A stretch of DNA of 32,000 nucleotides from Desulfotalea psychrophila LSv54 (lineage in GTDB: Bacteria > Desulfobacterota > Desulfobulbia > Desulfobulbales > Desulfocapsaceae). This document shows positions 1 through 9,298 of this stretch, in pieces (the stretch's first letter is position 1; each line of letters starts with the position of its first letter). The stretch lies in contig NC_006138.1 in NCBI RefSeq assembly GCF_000025945.1, positions 30,001-62,000 of the forward strand. The letters run 5' to 3'. The notes under the pieces were generated by a model. That model worked only from the letters and a program-made list of their open reading frames with translations. It was not told where the DNA came from and searched no databases. The translations under genes were made by a program, and so were the position numbers.

Positions 1-300
1 ATAAGGACTCACCACAGCACGAGGGTGTACCAAGCTAACAAGATCAGCTTCCACAGACATCAAAACTTTTTGCTTTTGATAACGAATGATATTATCGCCA
101 ATAGCCACCACACAACCTTGATATTGAGCAAGGGACCCAATAAGATCGGCACTGTCTCCAACAATTTGCCAGGGGCCTAGGCTACTCTTTTGCGGCCATG
201 CATCATCAAAAAATACAACATCATCCCAACCGGAGCAGAGGGCAATATCGGCAACGACCTTCCCATGCCCACTCGCCCCTAATATGGCTAATTTTTTCAT
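1..300 (-). CDS. PglD/NeuD-family sugar N-acetyltransferase, N-terminal part only (gene continues beyond the left edge)
   Basis: Own minus-strand translation from the ATG at 300-298 gives MKKLAILGASGHGKVVADIALCSGWDDVVFFDDAWPQKSSLGPWQIVGDSADLIGSLAQYQGCVVAIGDNIIRYQKQKVLMSVEADLVSLVHPRAVVSPY. The GASGHGK N-terminal domain and the LVHPxAVVSP segment are typical of PglD/NeuD/WeeI acetyltransferases. ATGA start/stop overlap with the upstream gene. Absent from the ORF track because it is open-ended. Confidence 0.7.
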   Translation of the reverse strand, partial: MKKLAILGASGHGKVVADIALCSGWDDVVFFDDAWPQKSSLGPWQIVGDSADLIGSLAQYQGCVVAIGDNIIRYQKQKVLMSVEADLVSLVHPRAVVSPY

Positions 301-893
301 CTCTTTGAGCCTTGAAATTTTGTCATTGTCTCACAACCACCGCCACTGATCCCTTCCCGGACAAACACCTTCTTTACCGTCAAAAGCAGTATTTTGATAT
401 CAAGCCATAGTGACTGATTATCCACATACCAGACATCAAGCTGAAACTTTTCTTCCCAAGAGATAGCATTACGACCATTTATCTGCGCCCAGCCGCTTAC
501 CCCTGGACGCACCTCATGACGTCGCCTCTGCTCATCGGTATACAGCGGGAGATATTCCACAAGCAGAGGGCGTGGACCAACCAAGCTCATATCCCCCTTC
601 AAGACATTCCACAGGCCCGGTAACTCATCCAGGCTTGTGGAGCGCAACCTCTTACCAAAAGAGGTCAAACGCTCCTCATCAGCCAAAGGCCTACCGCTCC
701 CATCAAAGGCATCTCGCATGGTGCGAAACTTCACCATAGTAAAGAGATTACCATCTTTCCCTGGACGGACCTGACGAAACAATACTGGAGAACCCAGCTT
801 TTTTCGAATCTGCCAGGCAACAACAATAATCATAGGCAATAAAAAAAATAGCCCTGTACCTGAAGCAATAATATCAAATATTCTTTTAATCAC
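297..893 (-). CDS. Small monotopic phosphoglycosyl transferase (bacterial sugar transferase family, PglC/WbaP C-terminal type); initiating undecaprenyl-phosphate sugar-phosphate transferase
   Basis: 198 aa. KRIFDIIASGTGLFFLLPMIIVVAWQIRKKLGSPVLFRQVRPGKDGNLFTMVKFRTM matches the re-entrant helix plus catalytic core of PglC-like enzymes. GTG start overlaps the upstream TGA (GTGA). Confidence 0.85.
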   Translation of the reverse strand: MIKRIFDIIASGTGLFFLLPMIIVVAWQIRKKLGSPVLFRQVRPGKDGNLFTMVKFRTMRDAFDGSGRPLADEERLTSFGKRLRSTSLDELPGLWNVLKGDMSLVGPRPLLVEYLPLYTDEQRRRHEVRPGVSGWAQINGRNAISWEEKFQLDVWYVDNQSLWLDIKILLLTVKKVFVREGISGGGCETMTKFQGSKR

Positions 894-2017
894 TCTATTC
901 CCATTTCAGAAAGCATATGTGCATTTACCTTATGCACATCATATTTTTCTTCCGCGATTCTGCGCGACTCTGCACCCATCTCAGCAACCAATTCCGGATT
1001 TTCAATAAACTTCTGCATCACATCAACAAGAGCAGCCACAGACTTAACCGACACTAAATAACCATTTAAGCCATCGATAACTGTTTCACGGCAACCAGGG
1101 GCATCTGTAGTAATCACCGCTCGCCCCATAGCCATGGCCTCTAGCACGGTTCTGGGGGTACCCTCCCGGTAAGACGGTAGCACATACACACCGCAACCAG
1201 CAATGGCCGGCCGGACATCATCAAGTTTACCTAAATACTCCACAGTGCCTGCGGCAACCCAATCATCTAACTCCTGCCGTTTAATTGCATCCGGATTGTC
1301 ATCTATCCACCCCACGAGTTGAAATTGCGCCTGAGGATATATAATCTTTACTTGCACTGCCGCCTGGACATATTCGCGTACGCCTTTATCACCTAGCAAC
1401 CGGGCAATCAATAAAAAATGCGGTGATTTCGGCAAAAGAACTTGTTGGTACTCTGCCACATCCACTCCCGAGCCATTGACAATGCGGGACGCCACTTTGG
1501 CAGAAAGAATACCGAGCTTACGAAACAGCTCTTCATCATCTGGATTCTGAAAAAAGACCTTGTCCACCCTACCTAGGGCAAAGCGATATAACCGTTGGAT
1601 AAGCGTCTTAAGCAGCCCTCTCTTACCGCCGGCTTGGCCGGTAAATGCGTAACCAAGGCCAGTGATCAGCGCAAAACGGCGCGGCACTCTGGCCAACCAA
1701 GCGGCAAGACTGCCGTAAACAACAGGCTTGATGGTATAACCCAGCACAAATCTCGGCTTTATCTTTATCATCAACCGGTACAGTTCTAGTATAGTGCTAA
1801 GGTCTGCCACCGGATTCACACCGGTTCGCTGCAATCCAATAACATGCACACTTACCCCTTTGCCAGTAAGCGCCTGATGGATGGCATCACCCTCGGCCAG
1901 ATTTGGTACAGCAACATGCACCTCCAAACGCCTGGCCAACAGAGCGTCAATCAAAGGGCCGCGGAATTTAATCAACGAATCGGGAAAACTGGCAATCAGT
2001 AATACAGTATTGTTCAT
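890..2017 (-). CDS. Glycosyltransferase family 4 (GT-B fold)
   Basis: 375 aa. The C-terminal YREGTPRTVLEAMAMGRAVITTDAPGCRETV segment is the GT4 E-x7-E region. It sits next to the PglC-like gene, as PglA-type transferases do. Confidence 0.8.
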   Translation of the reverse strand: MNNTVLLIASFPDSLIKFRGPLIDALLARRLEVHVAVPNLAEGDAIHQALTGKGVSVHVIGLQRTGVNPVADLSTILELYRLMIKIKPRFVLGYTIKPVVYGSLAAWLARVPRRFALITGLGYAFTGQAGGKRGLLKTLIQRLYRFALGRVDKVFFQNPDDEELFRKLGILSAKVASRIVNGSGVDVAEYQQVLLPKSPHFLLIARLLGDKGVREYVQAAVQVKIIYPQAQFQLVGWIDDNPDAIKRQELDDWVAAGTVEYLGKLDDVRPAIAGCGVYVLPSYREGTPRTVLEAMAMGRAVITTDAPGCRETVIDGLNGYLVSVKSVAALVDVMQKFIENPELVAEMGAESRRIAEEKYDVHKVNAHMLSEMGIE

Positions 2018-2205
2018 TGTTTTTGATAGCCCATCTTATGTACTGCTTTATTATCTTCATCTCCCATTCCTCTCGAACGGCCAATCACAGAAATCAGCAG
2101 AAAAATCAGCATAGGCGCAAATATCTATTTCTGACACGCAGACACCCCTAAATTAGAGATAGTAATACCCTGCTGCGATTAAAAACCTCATCACGTAAAT
2201 AGGAT

Positions 2206-3348
2206 TTATTTAATACCCCGCCAACAAGTTTCATAAGCATGCACCATTCCCTGAAGAGAAAACTGTTCTGCTATGCGTTGTGCGCTAGCATCTTTTCGTG
2301 CTTGCCATGTATCCGGATGGCTCTTTCTCTCCTCAACCATGTTCATAATCACACCGGCCAAAGCTTCGGAGTTTCGCGCAGGGCAACAGGATTCTGGTTC
2401 ACCGATAATTTCCAGAGCATCACCAACATCGGTAGAAACACAGGGTGTGCCACAGGCCATGGCCTCAGCAATCACATTAGGAAAACCTTCAGAACAACTG
2501 GAAAGCACATGAAGATCGAGTGCATTCATCACCGCAGGAATGTTACCACATTGACCGGCTAACAACACGCTATCCTGCAAGCCTAGCTCAGCAATATATG
2601 ACATAAGAACATCATTATCAACAGATAAGCCTTTACCAACCAAGACACAGCGAATATGAGTGACTTGCTTAGTGACCAACGCGAAAGCTTGCAATAAATT
2701 CAAGTGATCTTTAAGAGGGTCAAAGCGCCCCACTGTACCAAGCACAAACTCATCTTGGCTCAGCCCTAGTTTTTGTCGCATGTATATGCTTGCACCAAAA
2801 TCTGGTTTAAAACGCGACAAGTCATAACCATTTTGAATAACAGACATATTTGATTTTTTATAGCCAATATCTGCATGCACAGCCAATGCCTTATTGGCAC
2901 AGCAAATAATTTTGTCAGGTATCCAACCCGACAAAAATGCACATAAGCGAGCGATCATGATCGTTGAACACTTGGATTTACCTTTTTCCAAGGTTGAATG
3001 GCGAATCCCCCAAAAAACGCTACGGACACCTGCTAACCGCGCGGCAATGCCCCCCAACAGATCGGCATGATACATCCATGTCTGGACCACATCCGGTTGC
3101 TCTACTCGAATCAGCTTTACCAGACGAAAGAACTTAAAGATACTAGGGCTCCCCGGGTTCATGCCTAAGCAATATACACGTACACCGGCCTCTTTTAACA
3201 CTGTGCCGTACTTCCCTTGATCCATTAAAGAGATGACAACATGGATAGCCGCCTTGCTGTGTAAACAAAGACGAGTCAATACGCCTTCTGCACCACCGTC
3301 ATTCAACCCGGTAATAATATGCAAGACTTTTTTTTGCTTTGTATTCAT
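2206..3348 (-). CDS. Glycosyltransferase family 4
   Basis: 380 aa. N-terminal KKVLHIITGLNDGGAEG and C-terminal SSCSEGFPNVIAEAMACGTPCVSTDVGDALEIIG are GT4 signatures. Confidence 0.8.
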   Translation of the reverse strand: MNTKQKKVLHIITGLNDGGAEGVLTRLCLHSKAAIHVVISLMDQGKYGTVLKEAGVRVYCLGMNPGSPSIFKFFRLVKLIRVEQPDVVQTWMYHADLLGGIAARLAGVRSVFWGIRHSTLEKGKSKCSTIMIARLCAFLSGWIPDKIICCANKALAVHADIGYKKSNMSVIQNGYDLSRFKPDFGASIYMRQKLGLSQDEFVLGTVGRFDPLKDHLNLLQAFALVTKQVTHIRCVLVGKGLSVDNDVLMSYIAELGLQDSVLLAGQCGNIPAVMNALDLHVLSSCSEGFPNVIAEAMACGTPCVSTDVGDALEIIGEPESCCPARNSEALAGVIMNMVEERKSHPDTWQARKDASAQRIAEQFSLQGMVHAYETCWRGIK

Positions 3349-3361
3349 TATTTCAAAATCA

Positions 3362-5266
3362 TCAGAGTGTTATCGAGTTCGCATCTTGCTCATCCAGCCA
3401 TGCTTGAAACATAAGCACACTCCACAGCTTACTTGCATTATCACGCTTGCCCTGCACATGTTGCTGCCATGCTTCACGTATTGGCGCTGGATAAAAGTAC
3501 CCTTCACCTCGCAAGCGTTTTTCATCAAGCAGAGCTTCGGCCCAGTCACGTAAAGGGCCGCGAAGCCAATTTGCCAAAGGAATGGAAAAACCTTTTTTAG
3601 GGCGTTCTATCAATTCTCGAGGCACATGACGATACAACACTTCACGCAATACCCACTTGCCTTTGCCATCTCGAATTTTCATGCTCAAGGGCAATTGCCA
3701 AGCCAATTCAATCACTCTGTGATCCAACAAAGGCACGCGGGTTTCCAAACTATTAGCCATTGCTGCACGGTCAACTTTAACCAAAATATCATCTGGCATA
3801 TACATCTGTGCTTCCATGGCCATCATCCAGTGCTCGAAGCTGTCCGTTTCTGGCCACAGATCCGAGCTATTTAAAACAGACGCAGGCTCTTTAGCACCAA
3901 TGACCACGTCTTCTGGCTGCCCCCAATGACTCATGATGCTCCGATAAAATGACTCTTTATTCGAAGCACCCATCACCTCGGCCAGTTTAAGAAACTTATC
4001 AGGTAATGGCAGTCTACTCATACTGGCAGCAAGTGCTGCCCGCAGTGGCTGAGGGTAGCATTTCAGCAAGTTCCAGTAACGCGGAGTAAACAGGTAGGGG
4101 GTATAACCGCCAAACAGCTCATCTCCACCATCGCCACTGAGCGCTACGGTTACATGCTGCCTGGCCATTTTAGTTACCAAAAATGTCGGCAACTGAGAAC
4201 TGTCGGCAAAGGGTTCGCAGTAAATCGATGGTAACTGCGGTACAAGTTCCAGTGCATCCTGAGCCGATACATACAGCTCGGTATGCTCAGTTCCCAAATG
4301 GCGAGCCACCGCAGCGGCATATTGTGCCTCATTGTAACGGGGATCATCAAAACCGATGGCATAGGTCTTAACCGATTGCTGCGCCTGCTTTTGCATAAGC
4401 GCCACAACCACACTGCTATCGACCCCACCACTTAAAAATGCCCCCAAGGGAACATCCGCCAACATTTGCCCACCAATACTCTGTGACAAGCGATGCTCTA
4501 GAAGGTCAACCGCTTCAATATCGGTACCGCTGAATGGCTGGGCGATGCCAGATTCAATCGCCTGATTCATTGTCCAGTAAGCTTTTGGAGTAGCAGTATC
4601 TATATTTGATACACTATTTAAAGTGACGTAATGCCCTGGTAATAGTTTATAAATACCTTCATAAATACTCTGTGGTGCAGAGATATAGTTATGACGCATA
4701 TATACGGCCAGTGCATCACGACTTACCTTGGCCTTAAAATCAGGATGAGCCTTCAGAGCCTTAAGTTCAGAACCAAATAACAGCGTATCACCTTGCCACC
4801 CCCAGTATAAGGGCTTTTCACCAGCACGATCGCGGGCAAGGGTCAAATTTTGCTCCTGCTTATCCCACAGGGCAAGAGCAAACATCCCCACCGTGACCTT
4901 AAGTGTTTGCTCTATTCCCCAGGCTACAAAACAGGCAAGCAAGGTCTCTGTATCTGAATGTCCACGCCAGGCTGGCGCCTGATTAGCCTGTTCCAGCTTT
5001 TGACGTAACATCAAATGGTTGTATATCTCGCCATTAAATGCAATAACATAACGATCACACTGCGAGTGCATTGGCTGGTGACCGGCGGAGGACAAATCAA
5101 CAATAGCAAGCCGCGTATGCACCAGACCAATACCTGTATCAGCATCGTACCAAGTGCCTGAGGCATCGGGACCGCGATGAGAAATTGATTTCCCCATTGA
5201 TTGTAAATGCAAGATAGTATTATCTGCAATGAATTGGTAATTAAAAAAACCTGCCAGACCGCACAT
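3362..5266 (-). CDS. asnB: Asparagine synthase (glutamine-hydrolysing) family amidotransferase, WbpS/WbtH-like; likely amidates a uronic acid carboxyl
   Basis: 634 aa. It starts MCGLAGFF (Cys2 Ntn glutaminase nucleophile) and carries the PP-loop FLSGGVDSSVVVALM. The polysaccharide-cluster context with a WbpO/WbpP pair supports the role. Confidence 0.85.
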   Translation of the reverse strand: MCGLAGFFNYQFIADNTILHLQSMGKSISHRGPDASGTWYDADTGIGLVHTRLAIVDLSSAGHQPMHSQCDRYVIAFNGEIYNHLMLRQKLEQANQAPAWRGHSDTETLLACFVAWGIEQTLKVTVGMFALALWDKQEQNLTLARDRAGEKPLYWGWQGDTLLFGSELKALKAHPDFKAKVSRDALAVYMRHNYISAPQSIYEGIYKLLPGHYVTLNSVSNIDTATPKAYWTMNQAIESGIAQPFSGTDIEAVDLLEHRLSQSIGGQMLADVPLGAFLSGGVDSSVVVALMQKQAQQSVKTYAIGFDDPRYNEAQYAAAVARHLGTEHTELYVSAQDALELVPQLPSIYCEPFADSSQLPTFLVTKMARQHVTVALSGDGGDELFGGYTPYLFTPRYWNLLKCYPQPLRAALAASMSRLPLPDKFLKLAEVMGASNKESFYRSIMSHWGQPEDVVIGAKEPASVLNSSDLWPETDSFEHWMMAMEAQMYMPDDILVKVDRAAMANSLETRVPLLDHRVIELAWQLPLSMKIRDGKGKWVLREVLYRHVPRELIERPKKGFSIPLANWLRGPLRDWAEALLDEKRLRGEGYFYPAPIREAWQQHVQGKRDNASKLWSVLMFQAWLDEQDANSITL

Positions 5267-5267
5267 T

Positions 5268-5480
5268 AATGCTTACTCCATAAATCCAGGTACTGTTCAG
5301 CAACCTTAATATGGCTATGAGTTTGTTCTGCAAACAGCCACAACTGATACCTCATTTCGCTTATCTTATTTTTTGATCTTTATACTAATTTGTTGAACCG
5401 CTTCAGCCTCGTTCGTAAATCCAGATTCTGCCGATCAATACGTTGCGTACACAGCTCACCACAACGTGCTTTTTCTTAGG
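5268..5480 (-). pseudogene. C-terminal remnant of a DDE transposase (IS1-family-like IER-x-N-x-x-LR motif), with in-frame stops
   Basis: Own minus-strand translation gives EKARCGELCTQRIDRQNLDLRTRLKRFNKLV*RSKNKISEMRYQLWLFAEQTHSHIKV. I recall the pattern I-(E/D)-R-x-N-x-x-L-R-x-x-x-x-R-x-x-(R/K)-K...S-K from IS1-type transposase C-termini. Multiple stops upstream and no N-terminal part. Confidence 0.3.
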
Positions 5481-5550
5481 TAACTCAGCATGATACACGT
5501 CAAAATTGTCAGTGCATAAAAACACCTTATACCATCATTTCAATAGATTG

Positions 5551-5559
5551 GCATCACAC
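5551..5559. repeat. Target-site duplication, left copy (GCATCACAC)
   Basis: These 9 bp directly abut the IS terminal inverted repeat and are identical to 6655-6663. Confidence 0.85.
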
Positions 5560-6654
5560 GGCCTTGTTGCATAAATCATGAGGAAAGAAAATCATCTTCC
5601 CTCTACTCCATTCCATCTTATTAACCCGGTGGACATCCTCCTACAAAAGAACAAGATGGTATGTCCATAATTTCAGCAATTTAGCTTGGTGATTTTAAAC
5701 CTAATTGTCCGCCGGTTTAATAGTAAACAACCTCTCGAACAGGCATCCCTAAAGAATTAATTTTGTTCAAAGCCTTGATCGCAGCCCTATCTGCTGGTAC
5801 CCAGTATTCGCGGAGGCTCAATTTATCATTAATCAACTGCTTGTAGCGATACATCGCTGTTTCAGCAAGAGACCTTTGATGATACCCTGTGCTTGCTTCC
5901 CACTCTTTCAACTCACCTTTTTGCAATGCTCCTACAGCTTCATTTCTTGGATGGCCTTCCTCCCACATAGCAGCATTTTTCCGTGGTGGATGAGCAGAGA
6001 CACCTTTGACTACAATATGATAGCAATCTTGTGTTCCACACCATCGCCTGATATCTGCTCTATGCGTCGATGAAGAGGTTTCAATACCTTGGAGTCATGA
6101 ACACGCTCTAGCGAGATTTCGCCACTTAGGTGATCGATCTCGGCATCGATTGCAAGGTGAATCTTACGCCAGGTTCTACGTTTGGAGGCCCCGTGTTTTC
6201 TGACGCTCCACTCTCCTTCTCCATGGTTTAGCCCCGTCGAATCGATATGCTTAATCGGCCCATGACTTGGCAGCCTATAATTCACCTTAACAGTTTGGGC
6301 ACGTCTGCCAACAGGTTTTTCAGGTGCCTGGAGGTCGATATCCATCAGTTCAAAAAGTGAATTCAGAAAACCTTCAGCTCCTCGGAGAGACAGGCCGTAA
6401 ATGGTTCCACATCAAACAAGTCGTGTATCATCAGTGTACTTGCGGCTACGGCCACGCTGTCCCGATGGTGTCGTGCTGTACCAACTTTTAATCGCTTTCT
6501 TGTCCACCCAAAATGTCAACGCCATTGCTTCAGCGCCCCACTCCGGCCAATTTTTGATCTTTCCCCTGCTCTCTCTCATGACTCCTCCAATGCTCCATGT
6601 TACAAGAAAACATCATCGAGCAATGCTAGCAACTTCTATTTGTGCAACAAGGCC
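5560..6654 (-). mobile_element. IS5-family (IS903-group-like) insertion sequence, 1095 bp, transposase inactivated
   Basis: Terminal inverted repeats are GGCCTTGTTGCATAAAT (5560-5576) and the reverse complement of 6638-6654, GGCCTTGTTGCACAAAT (16/17 match). They resemble the IS903 end GGCTTTGTTGAATAAATC. Flanked by a perfect 9-bp direct repeat, the IS903-group duplication size. The internal ORF fragments are IS903-type transposase pieces. Confidence 0.85.
5717..6579 (-). pseudogene. IS5/IS903-type DDE transposase, disrupted by one in-frame TGA and one frameshift
   Basis: The ATG at 6579 follows GGAGGAG. The translation is MRESRGKIKNWPEWGAEAMALTFWVDKKAIKSWYSTTPSGQRGRSRKYTDDTRLV, then TGA at 6414-6412. 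The same frame continues CGTIYGLSLRGAEGFLNSLFELMDIDL...DSTGLNHGEGEWSVRKHGASKRRTWRKIHLAIDAE...ISGDG to 6010. A frame change near 6035-6050 leads to ...CYHIVVKGVSAHPPRKNAAMWEEG...GYHQRSLAETAMYRYKQLI...LGMP. The order is collinear with IS903 transposase as I remember it. Confidence 0.8.
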
Positions 6655-6663
6655 GCATCACAC
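6655..6663. repeat. Target-site duplication, right copy (GCATCACAC)
   Basis: Identical to 5551-5559. It lies 11 nt downstream of the acetyltransferase stop codon (6674-6676). Confidence 0.85.
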
Positions 6664-6673
6664 CCATAAATTA

Positions 6674-7183
6674 TTATAAATTTCTAATTTTACTTGCTGG
6701 ATTACCCACGTAGATACCTGATTCAAATATAGATTTAGCAACTACACTCCCAGCACCGATAATCACTCTATCGGTAATTGTTATACCTGGCAAAATAATA
6801 GCTCTTGCACCTATCCAACAATCATTGCCAATTTTTATTGGCGCTGTAATTATATCTTGTTCACGTAAAAGAAGCTTAGTGTCAGTATATCCATGGCCTC
6901 CAGTTAGCATCATAACTTCTGGGCCAATCATAACATCACATCCAATTTCAACCTTTTCCATACAGACTATTCTAGAATTTTCACCTATTCCTGAGTTTTC
7001 ACCAATCGTTATATTATGCCCTCTACCAAAGTACACCCCCTTAGCTATGTTCACATTCTTCCCTACATATTTAAATATGTGAGCAACAACTAAACGACGA
7101 AGAAAAACACCAAAACTAACAAATGAAACTGATGGCAGATAAATCAAGAAAGAGTAATAAAAAAACAAAAACAAGTAATTCAT
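6674..7183 (-). CDS. Hexapeptide-repeat (left-handed beta-helix) O-acetyltransferase, WcaF/maltose-acetyltransferase-like
   Basis: 169 aa. A hydrophobic N-terminus is followed by hexapeptide repeats (ITIGENSGIGENSRIV, IGNDCWIGARAIILPGITITDRVIIGAGSVV). AT-rich gene. Confidence 0.75.
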   Translation of the reverse strand: MNYLFLFFYYSFLIYLPSVSFVSFGVFLRRLVVAHIFKYVGKNVNIAKGVYFGRGHNITIGENSGIGENSRIVCMEKVEIGCDVMIGPEVMMLTGGHGYTDTKLLLREQDIITAPIKIGNDCWIGARAIILPGITITDRVIIGAGSVVAKSIFESGIYVGNPASKIRNL

Positions 7184-7184
7184 A

Positions 7185-8348
7185 TTAACCCCAAATCTTA
7201 ATCTTCTTAAAAAAGAAATAATAAATAACAGAATACAGTGTAAAATCTAAAAAAGGCGCAAACCAACCATGAAATAAATACAAAAGAGAAAAAAGCGAAA
7301 AGAGTCTAACATACCTCGCGCCAAGATACCTTGCGCCAACAAAAAGCGGCACAAAATGTATGCAAAAAACAAACATAAAAAAGAACACTGAAGAAAAACC
7401 TAGCAGCCCAATCCATCCAGCCATACCTGGGTCTACATTATACACTTCTCCTTTTAAATAAGCTCCAGATAACACTAGATTAAGATCAGGCCTTGAAAAT
7501 GAAGGAAATATTTTTATGAAAATCTCGTATAGAATCCCATTTTCAAAAAAAGTTCTAAAGTTTCGATTTAAAAAAAGATCCCAATACATCTCTCTATTTT
7601 CTATTAAACTTGCTGAATAATTCAAATGTTGAAATCTACTTATAACACTGAAAATTATTTTTCCAAAAAAATCAAAATTATAATTACCAACAACATTTAT
7701 AATTATCTCATTTACAGCAATTCCTTTTCTTAACCCCCACTTAAGGCCATCAATAAAAGGAAGAGACAATATTAAAGCAATAAACAACAGAAAAAATTTT
7801 ATACTATTTTTAGCTTTAAAATAAATTTCATTTCGAACAAGGTACAGCAGAAAAACTATAAAAACACTTCCCATCCAGCCCCTGCTCATCAATGAAAATC
7901 CCAAAAATAATAAATTGTATTTGCAAACTTTATTATTTGAAATAAAAGGTATTGTTAGAATAGCAAGAAGGTCAGGTTTAACGATAACAAAAACATAGTT
8001 GAGTAAGTTAACCTCTGCAAATCTAAATTTAGAACCAGCGATACCCGAACCTGTATAAATACAAAACAGCCAGAAAGCCACTTGAATTATCAATACAACC
8101 AGCCCAGATCTTTTATTCACGAATAGCAAACTATCTCTTTCTAATTTTGTTTTAGCAACAAAATAGAAGAAAACAATATATACAATAGATAATAATTGAA
8201 ACATATAACTTAGTAAATATGAAATAGGTGATATCTTCACCCACTGCTCATCAAACAAAAAACCACCATTTGATATGCCTCTAACAAGAAAGAGTGCATT
8301 CACAACTGCATATACCAATGACAGCAAAAAAACTGAATCTATTTTCAC
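7185..8348 (-). CDS. Polytopic membrane protein, putative O-antigen polymerase (Wzy / EpsG-like)
   Basis: 387 aa, extremely hydrophobic with about 10 or more TM segments, F/Y/I/L-rich, very AT-rich. It lies between a GT2 and an acetyltransferase in a cluster that also has Wzx and Wzz. The call rests on topology and context only. GTG start overlaps the upstream TAG by 1 nt. Confidence 0.5.
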   Translation of the reverse strand: MKIDSVFLLSLVYAVVNALFLVRGISNGGFLFDEQWVKISPISYLLSYMFQLLSIVYIVFFYFVAKTKLERDSLLFVNKRSGLVVLIIQVAFWLFCIYTGSGIAGSKFRFAEVNLLNYVFVIVKPDLLAILTIPFISNNKVCKYNLLFLGFSLMSRGWMGSVFIVFLLYLVRNEIYFKAKNSIKFFLLFIALILSLPFIDGLKWGLRKGIAVNEIIINVVGNYNFDFFGKIIFSVISRFQHLNYSASLIENREMYWDLFLNRNFRTFFENGILYEIFIKIFPSFSRPDLNLVLSGAYLKGEVYNVDPGMAGWIGLLGFSSVFFFMFVFCIHFVPLFVGARYLGARYVRLFSLFSLLYLFHGWFAPFLDFTLYSVIYYFFFKKIKIWG

Positions 8349-9298
8349 TAAAAAAACCTTTTGAATTTCTCTCTCATTGATATTACTTTCCCAAATAGCC
8401 TAGGCCAAATAAAAATAAAAAGATTAACCCAGCCATATCTTCCAGCAATCATTGACTGTCTTGCAAATCTTGTAGCATCACTATATGCACCAATATACGA
8501 AGAAACAAATGCATACTTTGTCAATGATTTACCATACAAATTCTGTATATCTATTTTTTTATCGGGGAAGATTAACTTAGCCGATGCATACACCCTTTTG
8601 TTTGCTTCAACTACACTTTTATTAATGACACCTCCTTCAACAGCTACACCCGAAAACGCTCTATAACTTCCCAACACTTTATCTAAATGATAACTACACC
8701 CTAACAAAGAATGTTCAAAGTGCATCTCTATATCTACCATACCATCGAAATACAATCTATCCCAACAGTCTTCAGGTACATTGTTTCTGAACATTTTTGA
8801 TGAGTGAGCAAAAAAAGGTAATTGGGATAATAACTCAAAAGTAGTATGCATTCCTTCAGGCCAACGACGATAAGAATGTCTTAGTATATTTCCTTCACTG
8901 CTTATAACATTTACATCATGAGTACAAAAAAACACATCAGAGTGAGAGTCAAGCACCTCAACCTGCCGTAAAATCTTATCTGGTGATAATATATCATCAC
9001 CATCGACATGGGCAATATATCTACCTCGTGCTTCTTTATAGAGATCAATAATATTTTTTGCTGGTCCCAAATTATTTTTTCTTACAATCAACCTGATTAG
9101 CGTTGGGTATTTTGCTGCTAACTCGGTTATAATAGATTTTGTTGAATCAGTAGAGGCATCATCCGCGATTAATATCTCATAATTAAAACCAACATCTTGG
9201 TTTACCGCACTCATCACGGCATCGCCAATATATTTTTCTTGATTATAGGTAACAACACACACCGAAACTTTAATTTCTGAATTCATGCTATCCATCAC
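8348..9298 (-). CDS. Glycosyltransferase family 2
   Basis: 316 aa. VSVCVVTYNQEKYIGDAVMSAVNQ...YEILIADDASTDST...HVDGDD is the GT2 (GT-A, DxD) signature. The start is ambiguous: GTG 9298, ATG 9295 or ATG 9286. Confidence 0.85.
   Translation of the reverse strand: MMDSMNSEIKVSVCVVTYNQEKYIGDAVMSAVNQDVGFNYEILIADDASTDSTKSIITELAAKYPTLIRLIVRKNNLGPAKNIIDLYKEARGRYIAHVDGDDILSPDKILRQVEVLDSHSDVFFCTHDVNVISSEGNILRHSYRRWPEGMHTTFELLSQLPFFAHSSKMFRNNVPEDCWDRLYFDGMVDIEMHFEHSLLGCSYHLDKVLGSYRAFSGVAVEGGVINKSVVEANKRVYASAKLIFPDKKIDIQNLYGKSLTKYAFVSSYIGAYSDATRFARQSMIAGRYGWVNLFIFIWPRLFGKVISMREKFKRFF

Noticed and set aside
2018-2205. 188-bp gap between the two GT4 genes, containing a 17-codon minus-strand ORF (MGDEDNKAVHKMGYQKQ) whose TGA overlaps the downstream ATG
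   Set aside because: There is no obvious RBS or conservation evidence, and a short ORF of this size is expected by chance. The gap may hold an internal promoter, but I could not identify one.
6412-6414. In-frame TGA in the IS transposase as selenocysteine or programmed read-through
   Set aside because: The gene also carries an independent frameshift, and I noticed no SECIS-like hairpin downstream. Simple decay is the parsimonious explanation.
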